A stretch of DNA of 64,000 bases from Octopus vulgaris (taxonomy: Eukaryota). Of this stretch, positions 40,493 to 55,013 are shown one piece after another; positions within the stretch are counted from its first letter, which is position 1, and each line of letters begins with the position of its first letter. The notes beneath the pieces were generated by a model. That model searched no databases. It saw only the letters and a program-made list of their open reading frames with translations, and was not told where the DNA came from. A program made the position numbers and the translations under genes. The stretch lies in contig OX597816.1 in NCBI GenBank assembly GCA_951406725.2, positions 23,746,001 to 23,810,000 on the forward strand. Reading direction: 5' to 3'.

Positions 40493-41369
40493 ATTTAAAT
40501 TCTTACTCCGGAAGGAGCTGCTTTCTAGCAAAGATACAAAGCTACAACTTTGCAATGTCGCTAACGAAAACAATGCCATATTTTAAACTTCAGAAATGTT
40601 TTGCATATTTATACTGTTCCGCTTACAGATTGTATTTGCAGCCTGCAAGTTAGTTGGTTGATTTCTTTTTCTGAAAATCCAAGCTTATCCACACCGTCAC
40701 TTAGGCATTTACTCACAAAACCAAGAACACCAATTAGTTTTGGTATAAAAGTGAATTCATACTCTGAATATAGTAATATCCTGGCTAACCTGGATATAGA
40801 AGCTGAGGTTTCGAAACAGTTGTCCGTAGTTATTCGCTTTTTCCCTGATTATCATAGAGGTATTCACATCAGTAGGACAGCTGGTTTTATGTATTATTAT
40901 ATGTGGGGTGCAGTTGAGCGAGAGACCAACAAAACTTCTTATACTTTTATGTAATTTTGGTAAATATATCTTTTAAAATGAAATGTCAGTATTATTTTTA
41001 TTTTTGCGTAATTTACACGACTATTTATTCACCGCACCCTGTATATAATCTCAAATTGTCACGTTTGGGAATCCAACCGAAAAATCAAATGATGGTTGCT
41101 TGTAATAGAACCCTGTGGAGGAGGGGGCCCTAGGATTCTACCCCCACAAACTTCCCAGGAATAGTGGACGGAAAGGATGAACGAATGGATGGTAGGATGG
41201 TAAGATTGAACTGAGCACTTAGCTTCAGAATAATGAGTCCCACGTTTGTTTCATAATAATGTTAGTATTATACAACTGTGAAATACACCACTCCCAGAAC
41301 TTGCTTATTCATAACTAGGCTTAATCATTGAATGTTAAGTTTCAAAACCATATGTAAATGACAGCACCA

Positions 41370-42030
41370 CAGGCGTAGGCGTGGCTGTGTGGTAAGCTTG
41401 CTTGAAGGCGGTGAGCTGGCAGAAACGTTAGCACGCCGGGCGAAATGCGTAGCCGTATTTCGTCTGCCGTTACGTTCTGAGTTCAAATTCCGCCGAGGTC
41501 GACTTTGCCTTTCATCCTTTCGGGGTCGATAAATTAAGGACCAGTTACGCACCGGGGTCGATGTAATCGACTTAATCCGTTTGTCTGTCCTTGTTTGTCC
41601 CCTCTGTGTTTAGCCCCTTGTGTGTAGTAAAAGAAATATGTGTGGTAAGCTTGCTTTTCAACCACATAGTTTCAGATTCAATTTCACTGCATGGCATCTT
41701 GGGCAAAGTGTCTTCTGCTATAACCTCGGCCCGATCAAATCTTTGTGAGTGGATTTGCTAGGCGGAAACTAAAAGAAGCCCGTCGTATGTGTGTGTGTCT
41801 GCCTGTCAGTCTGTCAGTCTGTATCTGTGTTTGTCCGCCACCATTACCTGAGAACCGGTGCTAGTATTTTTACGTCCCCGTAACTTAGCAGTTCGGCAAA
41901 ACAGACCGATAACAAAAGTACCAGGCTGTAAAAAATTAAGTACTGGTTTCGATTTCGACTAAAAATGCTTCAAGGTTGTGCCTCAGCATGGCCGCAGTCT
42001 AATGACAGAAACAGGTGAAAGATAAAAGAT
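41370..42030 (+). mobile_element. Family A SINE with nested family B SINE (41407-41638)
   Basis: Direct repeat TGTGTGGTAAGCTTGCTT flanks the nested element. Confidence 0.85.
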
Positions 42031-42724
42031 ATATAAAATCCGAAAACGACAATGTTTAAGTTGGTTGCTCAATAGACTTGGCATTTGGTCAACTTCGGTC
42101 TGGCTCCAAATAGAAATAAATATAATCTAATACTTTAAGAGGACATTTGATTACGAAACGTAAAGCAATCTATTTTAGATTATTTCTCTCTCTTGCATGA
42201 GATCAATAAATATCGATTGGTTGGATGATCGATTCAATGAATTAATGATTGGATGAGTGAATGAATTGAATGAATCAAATCAATGAATCAATTAATGATC
42301 TCAAATATAAGCTATACATCAATCTAAAATGAACTTCAAAAACTCTTCCTAAACTCAACTCTTCAATTTCTGTCAAGTGGAGGTTAGAAAGTATATCTGC
42401 AGAAAGTGAAAGTAGAACAAACATTTGAAATATTAATTAATATCAACTGTTTGGGAGAAATGTGTGATAAGAATTCTCATTTATACTTTTTCTTCATTTT
42501 TTTTTGTTTGTTTGTTTCGGATTTTTATTGAAAAAAAAATACATATTCATATAATTTTCATGAAATTTCCAAATTAAATTAACATTTGGAACGGAATAAA
42601 AGAGAAAAAGAAATGAAGACCATTTGACGTAACAGAAAATTGTTCTCATAAAATAAAGTGCGTATGAACAGAGATATAAATGCATACTTTTATATCCAAA
42701 CGGATGATATCTGGATGACATTAC

Positions 42725-42755
<31 letters not shown>

Positions 42756-43697
42756 TGTATGTATGTATGACATTACATATGTATGTATGTATGTATGTAT
42801 GTATGGATGGATGGATGGATGGATTGTATGTATGTATGTATGTATGCTTGAATGCATGCATGCAGGCATGTATGTATGTATGTATGCATTGTATGTATGT
42901 ATGTATGTATTGTATGTATGTATGTATGTATGTATTGTACGTATGTATGTATATTTGTATGTACATATGAATGTATGTATGTATGTATTGTATTTATGTG
43001 TATATTATATGTATGTATGTATGTATTGTATGTATGTATGCATTGTATGTATGTATGTATATTTGTATGTATGTATATTGTATGTATGTATTGTATGTAT
43101 GTATTGTATGTATGTATTGTATGTATGTATATATTGTATGTATGTATATATTGTATGTATGTATGTATTGTATGTATGTATTGTATTGTATGTATGTATT
43201 GTATGTATTATGTATGTGTGTATGTATGTATGTATGTATGTATGTATGTATGTATGCATGTATGTATGTATGTATGTATGTATGTATGTATGTATTCATA
43301 AATGTACAGAAATATGAACGTGTGTATATTTGTGTGTGGTGTGTGTGAACATGCATATTATACAGAGAAATGCATCTACATGTGTGTGTGTGTATGAATG
43401 TATATGTGAATGTATAGTATGTATGACTGAATGTATACACGAATGTATAGTCCGTATGGATGAATGGGTGAATGAATCCTTTTGTGTGTGTGTGTGTCTG
43501 TGTGTGTGTATAATAACAAAGAATAGCAACGCACTGACCAAGTCTATGCAATTATATGTAAATGTATTTATAATAACTATACGCGCTTTGCGAGGTATTG
43601 ATATATATCATTATTCAAATACACACGGCAGTTCTTTTAACAATAGTAAATCCCAACTGCTCCAATCTACCAAGCTGAATATATGAGCCATTGGAAA

Positions 43698-43928
43698 GGT
43701 GGCGAGCTGGCAGAAACGATAGCGCACCGGGCGAAATGCTTAGTGGTATTTTGTCTGTCGTTACGTTCTGAGTTCAAATTCCGCCGAGGTCGACTTTACC
43801 TTTCATCCTTTCGGGGTCGATAAATTAAGTACCAGTTTCGCACTGGGGTCGATGTAATCGACTTAATCCCTTTGTCTATCCTTGTTTGTCCCCCTCTATG
43901 TTTAGCCCCTTGTGGGCAGTAAAGAAAT
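43698..43928 (+). mobile_element. Family B SINE monomer with TSD
   Basis: TSD ATATGAGCCATT(G/A)GAAAGG. Confidence 0.88.
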
Positions 43929-44399
43929 ATATATGAGCCATTAGAAAGGCACAGTGCATCTCTTATATGCTGTAGACAGCTGTGTCATCAATGCCTGTTA
44001 TTTTCATACAATTCATAATTTCTCTGTATGCAGACTCGTGGCTTAGTGGCTACGGACGTTGCGTTCATGATCGTAAGACCGTGATTTCGATTCTCAGACC
44101 GGCTGCGCGTTATTTTCTTGAGCAAAACATTTCATTTCATTCTGCTCCAGTCCACTCAGCTGTGAATGAGTAACCCTGCGCACGGACTAGCCTTCTGACC
44201 AGTCTTACATCGAGACACAAACTATGTATCGCGAGTGTGTGAGTGAGAATGTAAGTATCTTTGTAAATAAGAGCAAAGTGATGGAAAGAAAAACGAATGA
44301 GAGGTGGGGGGAATATATATATTTGGAGAATGTGAGAGAGTGGGGGAGACAGAGACTAGATGCACACTGATTCTAGTATAAAGAGAGAGGGAGGATGGG

Positions 44400-44781
44400 G
44401 AGGTGAGGGGGGATAAGAAGTGGAGGAGGAGGAGTAAGAAGAAGAGGAGGAGGAGGAGGAGGAAGAAGAAGAAGAGGAGGAGGAGGAGGAGGAAGGAGGA
44501 GGAGGAAGGAGAAGAAGTGGAGGAGGAGGAAGAAGAAGAAGAAGAAGAAGAAGAGGAGGAGGATGGGGAAGAAGAGGAGGAAGAAGAAGAAGAAGAAGAG
44601 GAGGAGGAGGAGAAGAAGAGGAGGAGGAAGAAGAAGTAGAAGAAGAAGAAGAAGAAGGAGAAGAAGAAGAAGAAGAAGAGGAGGAGGAGGAGGAAGAAGA
44701 AGAAGAAGAAGAAGAAGAAGAAGAGGAGGAGGAGGAGAAGAAGAAGAAGAAGAAGAAGAAGAAGAAGAAGAAGAAGAAGAA

Positions 44782-44828
<47 letters not shown>

Positions 44829-44870
44829 AGAAGAAGAAGAAGAAGAAGAAGAAGAAGAAGAAGAAGAGGA
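44400..44870. repeat. (GAA/GGA)n polypurine tract
   Basis: Directly visible. Confidence 0.95.
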
Positions 44871-45142
44871 TGTATCGTTAGTGTGTGAGTGAGAATGTGT
44901 GTGTGTAAACAGGAGCAAAGTGATAAAGACAAAAGAGAGAGGAAGGTTCAAACAACCTCAACATTAGTTTCAGAATTCATTCACGGCTAGGACCGCAGGT
45001 CATACGTCCCCTACCCAATTCAGGATCACAACACATAAATACTCTGCAACACAATTTCTTTTCCTGAACAGGCTCTGCCCTCTGCGAAGAGCAGACATCC
45101 ACTACGCATGTATACTTGCGTGTATGAATATATATATAAATA

Positions 45143-45533
45143 CTCTTTTACTTGTTTCAGTCATTTGATTGGGGCCATGCTGGAGCACTGCCTTTAGTCG
45201 AGCAAATCGACCCCAGGACTTATTCTTTGTAAGCCTAGTACTTATTCCATCGGTCTCTTTTACCGAACCGCTAAGTTATGGGGACGTAAACACATCAGCA
45301 TCGGTTGTCAAGCGATGTCGGGGGGGGGGAGCAAACACAGACACACACAAACATACACATACATATGTATATATGCATATATACGACTGGCTTCTTTCAG
45401 TTTCCGTCTACCAAATCCACTCACAAGGCTTTGGTCGGCCCGTGGCTATAGTAGAAGATACTTGGCAGTTGGAATGAACCAGGAACCATGTGGTTGGTAA
45501 GCAAGCTACTTACCACACAACCACTCCTGCGCC
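45143..45533 (-). mobile_element. Family A SINE
   Basis: Consensus match. Confidence 0.85.
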
Positions 45534-45594
45534 TAGCAGTATTAGTACCAGAAAGTAATCTTTATTTCCAACCTAATGAGGATTCCTTGTTAGA

Positions 45595-45776
45595 ACACCG
45601 AATACTGTGTTATTATCTTTGAGAGATCTTCTCATATTGGCGCTTGATGCATAAAAGCGATGAGGTGGCGTTCATAACAGCCGAATCTTGTCTGCTACGA
45701 TCTATGCATGTGCTTTTATAGACCAAACACGTATATCAGAGGATCTCTCAAGGCTAATAATACAGTATTCGGTGTT
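45595..45776. mobile_element. Small degenerate MITE-like element with ~44-bp imperfect TIRs
   Basis: AACACCGAATACTGTGTTATTA... and ...TAATAATACAGTATTCGGTGTT. Confidence 0.5.
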
Positions 45777-47127
45777 AAATTGGATAGCTAGCTAGAGAGA
45801 GAGAGAGAGATGCAAGCATAGCCGTGTGGTTAAAAAAGTTAGATTTGAAGCTAATCACACGGTTCCGGTTTCGAATCTATTGCAGTCTCGTGACACGTTT
45901 CATTTAGGAGGAATCTACGCGGAAGCCTATCAGATAATCTATATCTGTTCGTCAATGATAGACTTAATCTGTCACCGGTTTCTTTAGGTTCTTTTGGCGT
46001 CTCGGGCCTTCTTTAAATCTCTATTGCAAGTATTGAGACCAGGTTTGTAGCTTGTGTATGGTCTACAAATCATGGTTTCTTCAATTTTTCTTCTCAGCAG
46101 TTCTAAAATTCCTGCAAGAAGGTCATAGATGCTAAACTATCTTGCTTGTAGATATGTATATTCCTCCACAAACTTTAGTCCTTGTTACGATGTGATGGCT
46201 TCTATGCCTCAATGACCGTGAAAGCTATACTAGTGAAGGGTAGGGTCTTCCATCTGGGAGAGGTTAAAGGATAGAGACGAGTTTAATGTGGCCCACTTTT
46301 TGCCAGAAATAAAAATAGGTTTTCGTAGGGTGATCACTCCTACCAAGAAATAAAACAAAATTAGAGAAGTATCGATGACAATTCGAAACCAAGATCTGGG
46401 AGAGAAAGGCCTTCTGTCAAGGAAAGTAAAATACTGAAGCAGAGCTGAAAAAAGCAGGGATCCACTTGGGGAGAAGTAGGAATGACAGCCTCAGGTTCGA
46501 ATACAGAAGAGAAAAGCAGTTAGTGGCCTGTGCTCCACAGGGAGCGAAATACTTATCAAGAAAGACATGTGTATTAACCTGTTACACTGAAATTGGTATA
46601 CCGATATTTAACAGCTATCTACTTTAACCAATAAACTATGCACATTACAGCATAGAGTATACAGGCAGAAACAAATACTTGTGAATAAAAAGATGAAGAT
46701 AAAGCAAATAACATATGCGTAAAAAAATGCACTAAAACAAGTATAAAGAAAATTAATGGAAGAATTATTTAGAAATGACAGTTAGTGGTGTTTGATGGAT
46801 TCCATATGGTGAGTGCTGGGCGATGTTTGGTAAAATGGCCGCTGAATTTGTTTCATATGCCATAAGAGAATGATATGACATTTCTCAATGGCGACTAGAG
46901 ATATTGTAGATTGACTATAAATTTAATATTAACACGGTCTGCCTGTCCCCGTAAGCATCATATATACAACATAATTTTCCCCCCGAGTATTATAAACATC
47001 TCACCTCAATCTCCACTAGTGTATTTTTTTTATTTTATATTGTTTATTTTTTATTAGTTTCTTATTTTTTTTATGTCCACCCGATGATATCTCGAAATCA
47101 ATTTTGATTAATATAAATGTAGCTTAC

Positions 47128-47136
47128 TGCTTAAAG
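47128..47136 (-). other. Candidate 9-nt microexon CTTTAAGCA
   Basis: Minus strand TTTTTTCCCCCCTCCATGCAG|CTTTAAGCA|GTAAGC within a duplicated conserved block. Confidence 0.5.
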
Positions 47137-47650
47137 CTGCATGGAGGGGGGAAAAAATTGATCACTTGGAATTTTACGCTTTCGAGATTATTAACTTCTG
47201 TTTATTGATAGCCTGACTAATACCAATGATAGCATGATTCCAAAACTGGTGTTATTTAAAAACGTGTGTTACTGCGTTAGTCTTCAGTATTTCTTTTTTT
47301 TTTTTATCAACAGTACAACAATACTATTCTCATTTTCTTTTACTTTCCTCATATTTTCTTTAAATTTGTTTGATGTGTAACGAACATAAGAAAATGAAAT
47401 ATCAAATATGATATACCATAAAGAAAAGAAAAACCGCCATGAGAAAACAAAAGAAAATAACATTGTGTTTCTTTCTCTTGTGTGTCGTCTGCTCTTTCCA
47501 TTTGGTCACGCGCATCGCCTGTTCCGTGTATCAAATTTCTGTTGGCACTAATATCACTCTCGCTTTCCTCCGCTTCCTCCTCATCCTCCAACCTGTTTCT
47601 CTCTGTCTCTCTTCATGTACAGTAATAGCATATATCCAATTCTCTTTCTA

Positions 47651-47757
<107 letters not shown>

Positions 47758-47995
47758 GTAACACCTGTTTCTTAGTCCCTTTCCAACTAACTTTCACATT
47801 CATGCTGTGTTTCCCTTCTTATTGTTATCTTTTTTTCTCTCAGTTTCTGTGCACAACACGCACACACACACAGACACACACATGCATCATAGGATGCATA
47901 TTCCATATAATTTCATAATTACACGCACACATACACGTACACAGACACACACGAACACAAATACGCAAGCATACATATATGCGTGTGTATGCCTG

Positions 47996-48046
<51 letters not shown>

Positions 48047-48077
48047 ATGTATATCTATACACACACACTCACATATA

Positions 48078-48141
<64 letters not shown>

Positions 48142-48659
48142 TGTATATCTATCTATGTGTCCGTGAATCATCATCGTCATCATCGTCATCATCGTCGTCA
48201 TCATTATCATCATGATCATCATCTTATAATATACTCTACCAGAGTGTCGACTACCGCCTCTTTTGCTCTTCTGCGATAGAGTAGTGGTTGTTGTGGCTAT
48301 CTTGAAATAAGTTATATTATAAGTTTCAGTCCCACCACCACCACCACCAACGCAGAGTGGGAGAAAGAAAAGAAGAAGAAAGAAGAATTAATCTCTTACT
48401 CCACTGGGAGTCTTATTTAGCAACCCGAAAGAATGAATGTAAAATTTCAACTGAGAGTGCAGTTAGACGGCACAAATACCGTCATTCGTTCTATCCAATG
48501 TTCTTCAGGCTCTGCCATTTCGTTACCGTGATGGCACGAGCATGGTTAGCGGTAAGGAGGAAAGGGTCAAGAGCAGGTGCACCTCGGGCGTCGCTTTCAT
48601 AGGTTTTATGGGTGCGGCACTTTTAGGTCGGTTGTACAAGCCTGTAGAGAGCTCAGGGG

Positions 48660-49170
48660 CGTAGTGGGGGAAGGAGCGCAAGTGCAAGGGATTGCTCGGG
48701 CGGGTAGGCAAATGAAGTGTTGTCCGGGCGGGTGCGCAAGTTCACGGATGGGCTACACAGGAGCACAAGTTCACGAGTTGCCCGGGCTGGAACACAAGCT
48801 CAAAGATCGACCGGGCGGGAATGAAAGTTCGAAGGTTTCCCAAGCTGGAGTGCAAAGCTCAAATGTGCCTGGGCGTGGATGTAAGTTCAAAAGTTGCCGG
48901 GACGGGAGTGTAAGCTCAACGGTTGCACGGACGGGAGCACTAAGATCAACGTTTGCCTAGGTGAGATTGCAAAGCGCAAGGGCTTCCAGGTCTGGAGCGC
49001 AAGCTCAAAGGTTGCCTAGGCAAAAACGCAAAGCTCTACGGTTGCTCGGATGGGAACTTAAGCTCAAGAGTTGCCCAGGCGGGAACGCAAAGGCCAAAGC
49101 TCAAATGAATGAATTTATATACGAATGTATAGCACGTATGTATGAATGGGTGAATGAATCTGTGGGTGGG

Positions 49171-49262
<92 letters not shown>

Positions 49263-49695
49263 TGTGTGTGCATGTATGTAATAACATTGGTCTCTCCTTC
49301 AACTGCGCCCCACACATAATAATTAAGGGAGTTGCCATCTGAAGAGTTAGATGGCCAGATGTTAAGGGCAATGTGGTCGCAGAAATTGTCTGACAGCCAT
49401 GACTGGGTTCTCCCGCTCGTGTGGCATGGTACAGAGTCCTCCAGGCACTTGATCTAGGCCTCCGTGTTTAGTGTGAGGTCGTGTGGGTAGATGAATGGAG
49501 GCATGACGTTGCTTAGGTGGGGGAACAAAGCTCAAAAGTTGCTTAGGTGAGGGCTCAAAGCTCAATGGTTGCTCGGATGGGAGTGCAAGCTCAAAGATCA
49601 CCCAGGTGGATATACAGGCTCAAGGGTTGACCGAGCAGGAGCGTAAGGCCCAGTGGCTGCCCAGGCGGGAACACAAACTCAAGGGTTGCCCGGGT
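48660..49695. repeat. Degenerate GC-rich ~29-bp minisatellite in two blocks (~48660-49105 and ~49510-49695)
   Basis: Units such as AAGTTCACGAGTTGCCCGGGCTGGAACAC and AAGCTCAAAGATCGACCGGGCGGGAATGA. Confidence 0.8.
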
Positions 49696-50352
49696 TGCAC
49701 ACACACCATTGCAACACTACCGTGATGCCTCTGAGTTAGTGTGTGCGTGTACTTTTGCACGTGTGTTTGTGTGAATATGTATACGTATGTTTATGTACGT
49801 ATGTATATGCGTCCGCATGTGTGCACACACAGCCGCACGTACATACACATATGTACGCATACATCACACATGTTTTCAACTAAGATGAATACTTTAAATA
49901 TGCACAGATATGCACATATTATGGTGCATCAAATATGCACGAATAAACTCAACACAACACAGATGCTCACTAAGACAGCGCATATATATGTGTCTATCTA
50001 GTTACATAATTTACAAGTGTGTGTGTATCTGTCTTTGTGTGTCTATGTTTCTACGTGTTTATATGTATATCTAAGTATGTATACATGTAAGTTTGCACGT
50101 ATGAAGACGTATGTAACTGTGAGTACAAATGTATGTGTCTACGAAAGCATGAATGAGTTAGCAAGTGTATGATATTTCTAATACACATTTGCATGCTCAA
50201 CTTTATAAAACTCTGCTCACAATAAAATTAATCTTAACACGGCCTTCCTTTTCTCGTTATCATCATATGTAAAACACAATTTCTTTTTCCTTATTTCTTC
50301 TTTTCTCCCCACCACTTCTTTTTTTTTTTTTTGTTATTGTTTTGTTTCCCAA

Positions 50353-50394
<42 letters not shown>

Positions 50395-50484
50395 ACCCTC
50401 TCACCTTAAAATTCTACTGCTGGTCTATTTTCCACCCGATGATATACGTAAAAATCAATTTTGATTAATATAAATGTAACTTAC

Positions 50485-50493
50485 TGCTTCAAG
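50485..50493 (-). other. Candidate 9-nt microexon CTTGAAGCA (paralog of 47128-47136)
   Basis: Minus strand CTGAT..TTTTTCCCTCCACGCAG|CTTGAAGCA|GTAAGT. Confidence 0.52.
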
Positions 50494-50979
50494 CTGCGTG
50501 GAGGGAAAAATTTATCAGTTGGAGTTTTGCACTTTCGATATTATTAATTTTCGTTTATTGATAACCTGAATAATACCCAATGATGGCGTGATTCTCTATC
50601 ACTGGATTTCGGTAAAAGCACATTTTAGTTTTTAATATTTTTTTCTTATTTCTTCTTTATCGACTTGCTTTTGCCTCTTAATTCGAGCACACTGTTGCTC
50701 AAAGATATTGCAGCTATGTTGGTTAGTGTATTGCCCATCCCAACACATTATTTATTCATTCAGTTATCTATCTGTTTATTAATTTGTGTTTGGTGGGGTT
50801 TTTTTTTTTACGATATGGAATCGCAGCGTCCATTATAAGTTGGATTAAGTAACTTAGTATAAAAGCGTATTAAAGTACTGACTGGACAGACACTCTATGT
50901 GTAGATGAGTTCAAATGTACAGCAGGGGGTTTGTTATGTTTCTAAGTCGAGCATCTCATTCTACATCACCTCAATTAGC

Positions 50980-51019
<40 letters not shown>

Positions 51020-51029
51020 CTGCAGCAGC

Positions 51030-51061
<32 letters not shown>

Positions 51062-51287
51062 CAGCGGTGGTGGTGGTATGGCGGCGGCTGCAGTTGTAGT
51101 AGTAGCAGCAGCGGCGGCGGTTGATGGTGGTGGTGGTTGTGGTGAAGGTAGTAGTAGTAGTAGTAGTAGTAGGAGTAGGAGTAGGAGTAGTAGTAGTAGT
51201 AGTAGTGGTAATAGTAGTAACAGCGGCGGTGGCGGTGGTAGTGGTGGTGGTGGTGGTGGTGGTAGTGGTAGCACCAGCAACAGCAGC

Positions 51288-51320
<33 letters not shown>

Positions 51321-51722
51321 CACTGCTGCTGCTGCCGCCGTTGTTGTTAATATCATTGTTGTTTAACCCTGAGTCGACTCGAGCAGCTATGACCAAAGTC
51401 ACCTAATCCATCGCCGTTCCAACTTTGTTTCGGGAATCATCTATCACGGACTACATAATACGAGGCAAAGTGTGTGTGTATGTGTGTGTGTGTGTGTGTG
51501 TTTAAGTGAAACAATTTAGCTGTTATTTCTAGCACGCCTAGCAATCACATAGCGCTGTTGTTCTCAGTTGTTCGTAGCTCAGTTTTTCCCTTTCACTGGC
51601 TGGCATTTTACAAACGCTCCTTTTTCCAACATTGAAGAAATAAACAGCGGATTATTTTACCCAAATAGAAACCAATTGTATGTAGTGGTTTATTATCTAC
51701 GTTTTATATACTAAACCAGTCA

Positions 51723-51840
51723 GTATATGCAATATCATGTTGAATACACCGGTTCTCGTCCGGCCACCGAAGTTAAGCAACTTCATGCCCAGTTAATATT
51801 TCGATGGGTGGCCGCTAGGGAAACCTAAATGTTGTAAGCT
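51723..51840 (+). pseudogene. 5S rRNA pseudogene
   Basis: GTTGAATACACCGGTTCTCGTCCG..CACCGAAGTTAAGCAAC...GATGGGTG.CCGC..GGGAA...TGTTGTAAGCT matches metazoan 5S over ~118 nt with many substitutions and no oligo-T terminator. Confidence 0.85.
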
Positions 51841-51856
51841 ACACTCACTTTCTGAA

Positions 51857-52085
51857 GGCGGCGAGCTGGCAGAAACGTTAGCACGCCGGGCGAAATGCTT
51901 TGCGGTATTTCGTCTGCCGTTACCTTCTGAGTTCAAATTCCGCCGAGGTCGACTTTGCCTTTCATCCCTTCGGGATCGGTAAATTAAGTACCAATTACGC
52001 ACTGGGTCGATATAATCGATTTAATCCGTTTGTCTGTCCTTGTTTGTCCCTTCTGTGTTTAGCCCCTCGTGGGCAGTAAAGAATA
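51857..52085 (+). mobile_element. Family B SINE, followed by an older related copy at ~52087-52290
   Basis: Consensus match. Confidence 0.85.
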
Positions 52086-52312
52086 AGAATCGTTAGCACG
52101 GCGGGCAATAATACGCTGAGCGGTATTTCGCCCGCCCTCATGTCCTGCGTTCAAATGCCGCTGAAGTCGACTTTTCCTGTCATCCTTTCGGGATCAATAA
52201 AATAAGTATCAGTTGTGAACCTTGGGGTCGATATTATCGACTTACCCGCTGCCCCGAAGTTACTGGTCTTGTGCCAAAATTTGAGACCGTTAAACTAAAC
52301 CATCCAGTATAT

Positions 52313-52510
52313 TCTTTTACTTGTTTCAGTCATTTGACTGTGGCCATGCTGGAGCACCGCCTTGAGTCGAGGAAATCGACCCCAGGACTTATTCTTTGTA
52401 AGCCTAGTACTTATTCTATCGGTCTCTTTTGCCGAACCGCTAAGTTACGGGGGCGTAAACACACCGGTATCGGTTGTCAAGCGATGTTGGGGGGGACAAA
52501 CACAGACACA

Positions 52511-52600
<90 letters not shown>

Positions 52601-52948
52601 TACGACAGACTTATTTCAGTTTCCGTCCTCCAAATCCACTCACAAGGCTTTGGTCGGCCCGAGGCTATAGTAGAAGACACTTGCCCAAGGTGCCACGCAA
52701 CGGGACTGAACCTGGAACCTTGTGGTTCGTCAGCAAGATTCTTACCACACAGCCACTCCTACGCCTATATAGATATACATATATACGACGGGCTTCTTTC
52801 AGTTTCCGTCTACCAAATCCACTCACAAGGCTTTGGTCGGCCCGAGCTATAGTAGAAGACACTTGCCGAAGGTGTCACGCAGTGGGACTGAACCCGGAAC
52901 CATGTGGTTGGTAAGCAAGCTACTTACCACACAGCCACTCCTACGCCT
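52313..52948 (-). mobile_element. Family A SINE with tandemly duplicated head half
   Basis: 52601-52766 is repeated at 52786-52948. Confidence 0.85.
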
Positions 52949-53524
52949 ATGTGCATCTTTTTAGACATTTGTGTGGACTGGTACCTTCTGTGTTGAGCTT
53001 TAATGGAAATTACTGAAGAAAGCAAGGACTTTATAAAGCAATTTCACTGGAAACTGCCTCATCAATCATATTTTTGTTCATTGATAACATAACATTGTTG
53101 AAAACGCGTTTAAAATATAAATATATCTTAATATTAAATACTTCCCTTTTTAAAAAATCACAACCCCTTTTAAACACACAGCACGCCCGTTGTATCTCTT
53201 GTGACATTTGCCGCTCTTTATAAACTCACAATACACTCTAACGTTAAGAATCACTGACGTAGAGGCTCTCACGATCGCCATTGTATTTTAGTTTATTCTC
53301 GTTTTCGGACTTTGGTCTCGATAAAGAGCTGCTCACGATGGCTATCTCACTGTTAAAGTCATCAGATGCAGCACGTCCATCGCCCAACGTACATCTTCCT
53401 CACTCACGTTCGTTCCCGCCTTAAATATAGATATGTGCATGTGTTTCTTAGAACTATATGTGAGCGTGTCCTACAAATATGCATATTTTCTTGCTGTTTC
53501 CAATGGAATAAAGTAAATTGTTCC

Positions 53525-53600
<76 letters not shown>

Positions 53601-54174
53601 ACAGATAGGTGGATGGATATATGGATGAATGGATGGATAGGTGGATAGACAGACAGACGGACGGAAGGACGGTCGGGCGGGCGGACGGTCGGACGGACAG
53701 ACGGACGGTCGGACGGACAGACGGACAGTCGGACGGACGGACAGACAGATGGTTGGATGGATAGATAGATGGATAGACACACAGACACACACAGAGATGG
53801 ATAGATGGATGGATGGGTGGATGGATGGATGGATGGATGGATGGATGGATGGACGGACGGACGGACGGACGGATGTATAGATGGGTGGATGGACGGACGG
53901 ATGGATGGATAGATGGATGGATGGGTGGACGGACGGACGGACGGACGGACGCTCAGATGGACAGATGGACAGATAGATACATACATACATACATTCATAC
54001 ATACACACACAACCACACAATTCCGACGCGGATTGGACTTGTTTTGTGCGTGACTTTTGGCCCATCCTGTACTGTATAGAACAGTATTGTTGGCATATGA
54101 ATAGAGTAAGAACTTATGTTATCTTTTGACGTGTATGGTCCGACATCAGGTGACTAACATTGCAGACCAACTGA

Positions 54175-54842
54175 CACTCCGTCGGTTGCGACGACGAGGT
54201 TTCCGGTAGATCCAATCAACAGAACAGCCTGCTCGTGAAATTAACGTGCAAGTGGCTGAACACTCCACAGACACACCTACCCTTACGTAATTCTCTGGTA
54301 GATTCAGCGTGACACAGAATGGGATGAGTCTGGTGAATTACAGGTACAGCTCAATTTTGCCGGTTCAGTGGTCTTGATCAACGTGAAATAAAGCCTCTTG
54401 CTCAAGGACACAACGCACACCAGAGTATCGAACTCGCAGCCTTACGACTGTGAACCGAGAACCTTAACCACTAAGCCACGCACTTTAACCTCTGGCCAAC
54501 TCCGGTTGGGACCCCCTTTGGTCACGACACTGACCATGGGATTTCACCAAGAAAGTTACCCTCCTAGTCACAAGTCTGGGCAAGGTGGTTTATGGAAGAC
54601 CAGCAGTCACCCATGCATACCGGCCACCCCTCTCCACGCTGCGAGTGTTATCCAAGAGAAAGGCAAAGGGGCCGATACAGCTTGGCACCCGTGACGTCGC
54701 AACTCATTTCTACAGCTGTGTGGACTGGAGCAACGTGAAATAAAGTGTCTTGCTCAAGTACACAACACGCAGACCGGTCCGGCATTCGAACTCACAACCT
54801 CACGATCGCAAGCTCGACGCTCTAACCACTGAACCATGCGCT
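54175..54842 (-). mobile_element. Two adjacent tRNA-derived SINEs (C/D-type)
   Basis: Similar to 30914-31290 and 32221-32553; the second is flanked by CTCTGGCCAACT repeats. Confidence 0.8.
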
Positions 54843-54982
54843 TTCACTCTGGCCAACTATGATTCCTTTAACGAAAGGGCGTGTCTCGTATCTGAATCAA
54901 ACACTAACACGGGTTATTATTGTTTTGATTCTGCTAAAAATTGTAAAACAATTTGCCTTAGCCTTTGTTATTATTCTTCCTC

Positions 54983-55013
<31 letters not shown>

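Noticed and set aside
47077-47220. C/D snoRNA reading of the duplicated block
   Set aside because: No proper RUGAUGA box C or terminal stem; splice-site architecture on the opposite strand fits better
48660-49695. CRISPR-like array or coding repeat (ORFs 48577-49281)
   Set aside because: Contiguous degenerate units with no unique spacers, no cas genes, eukaryotic context; period not a multiple of 3
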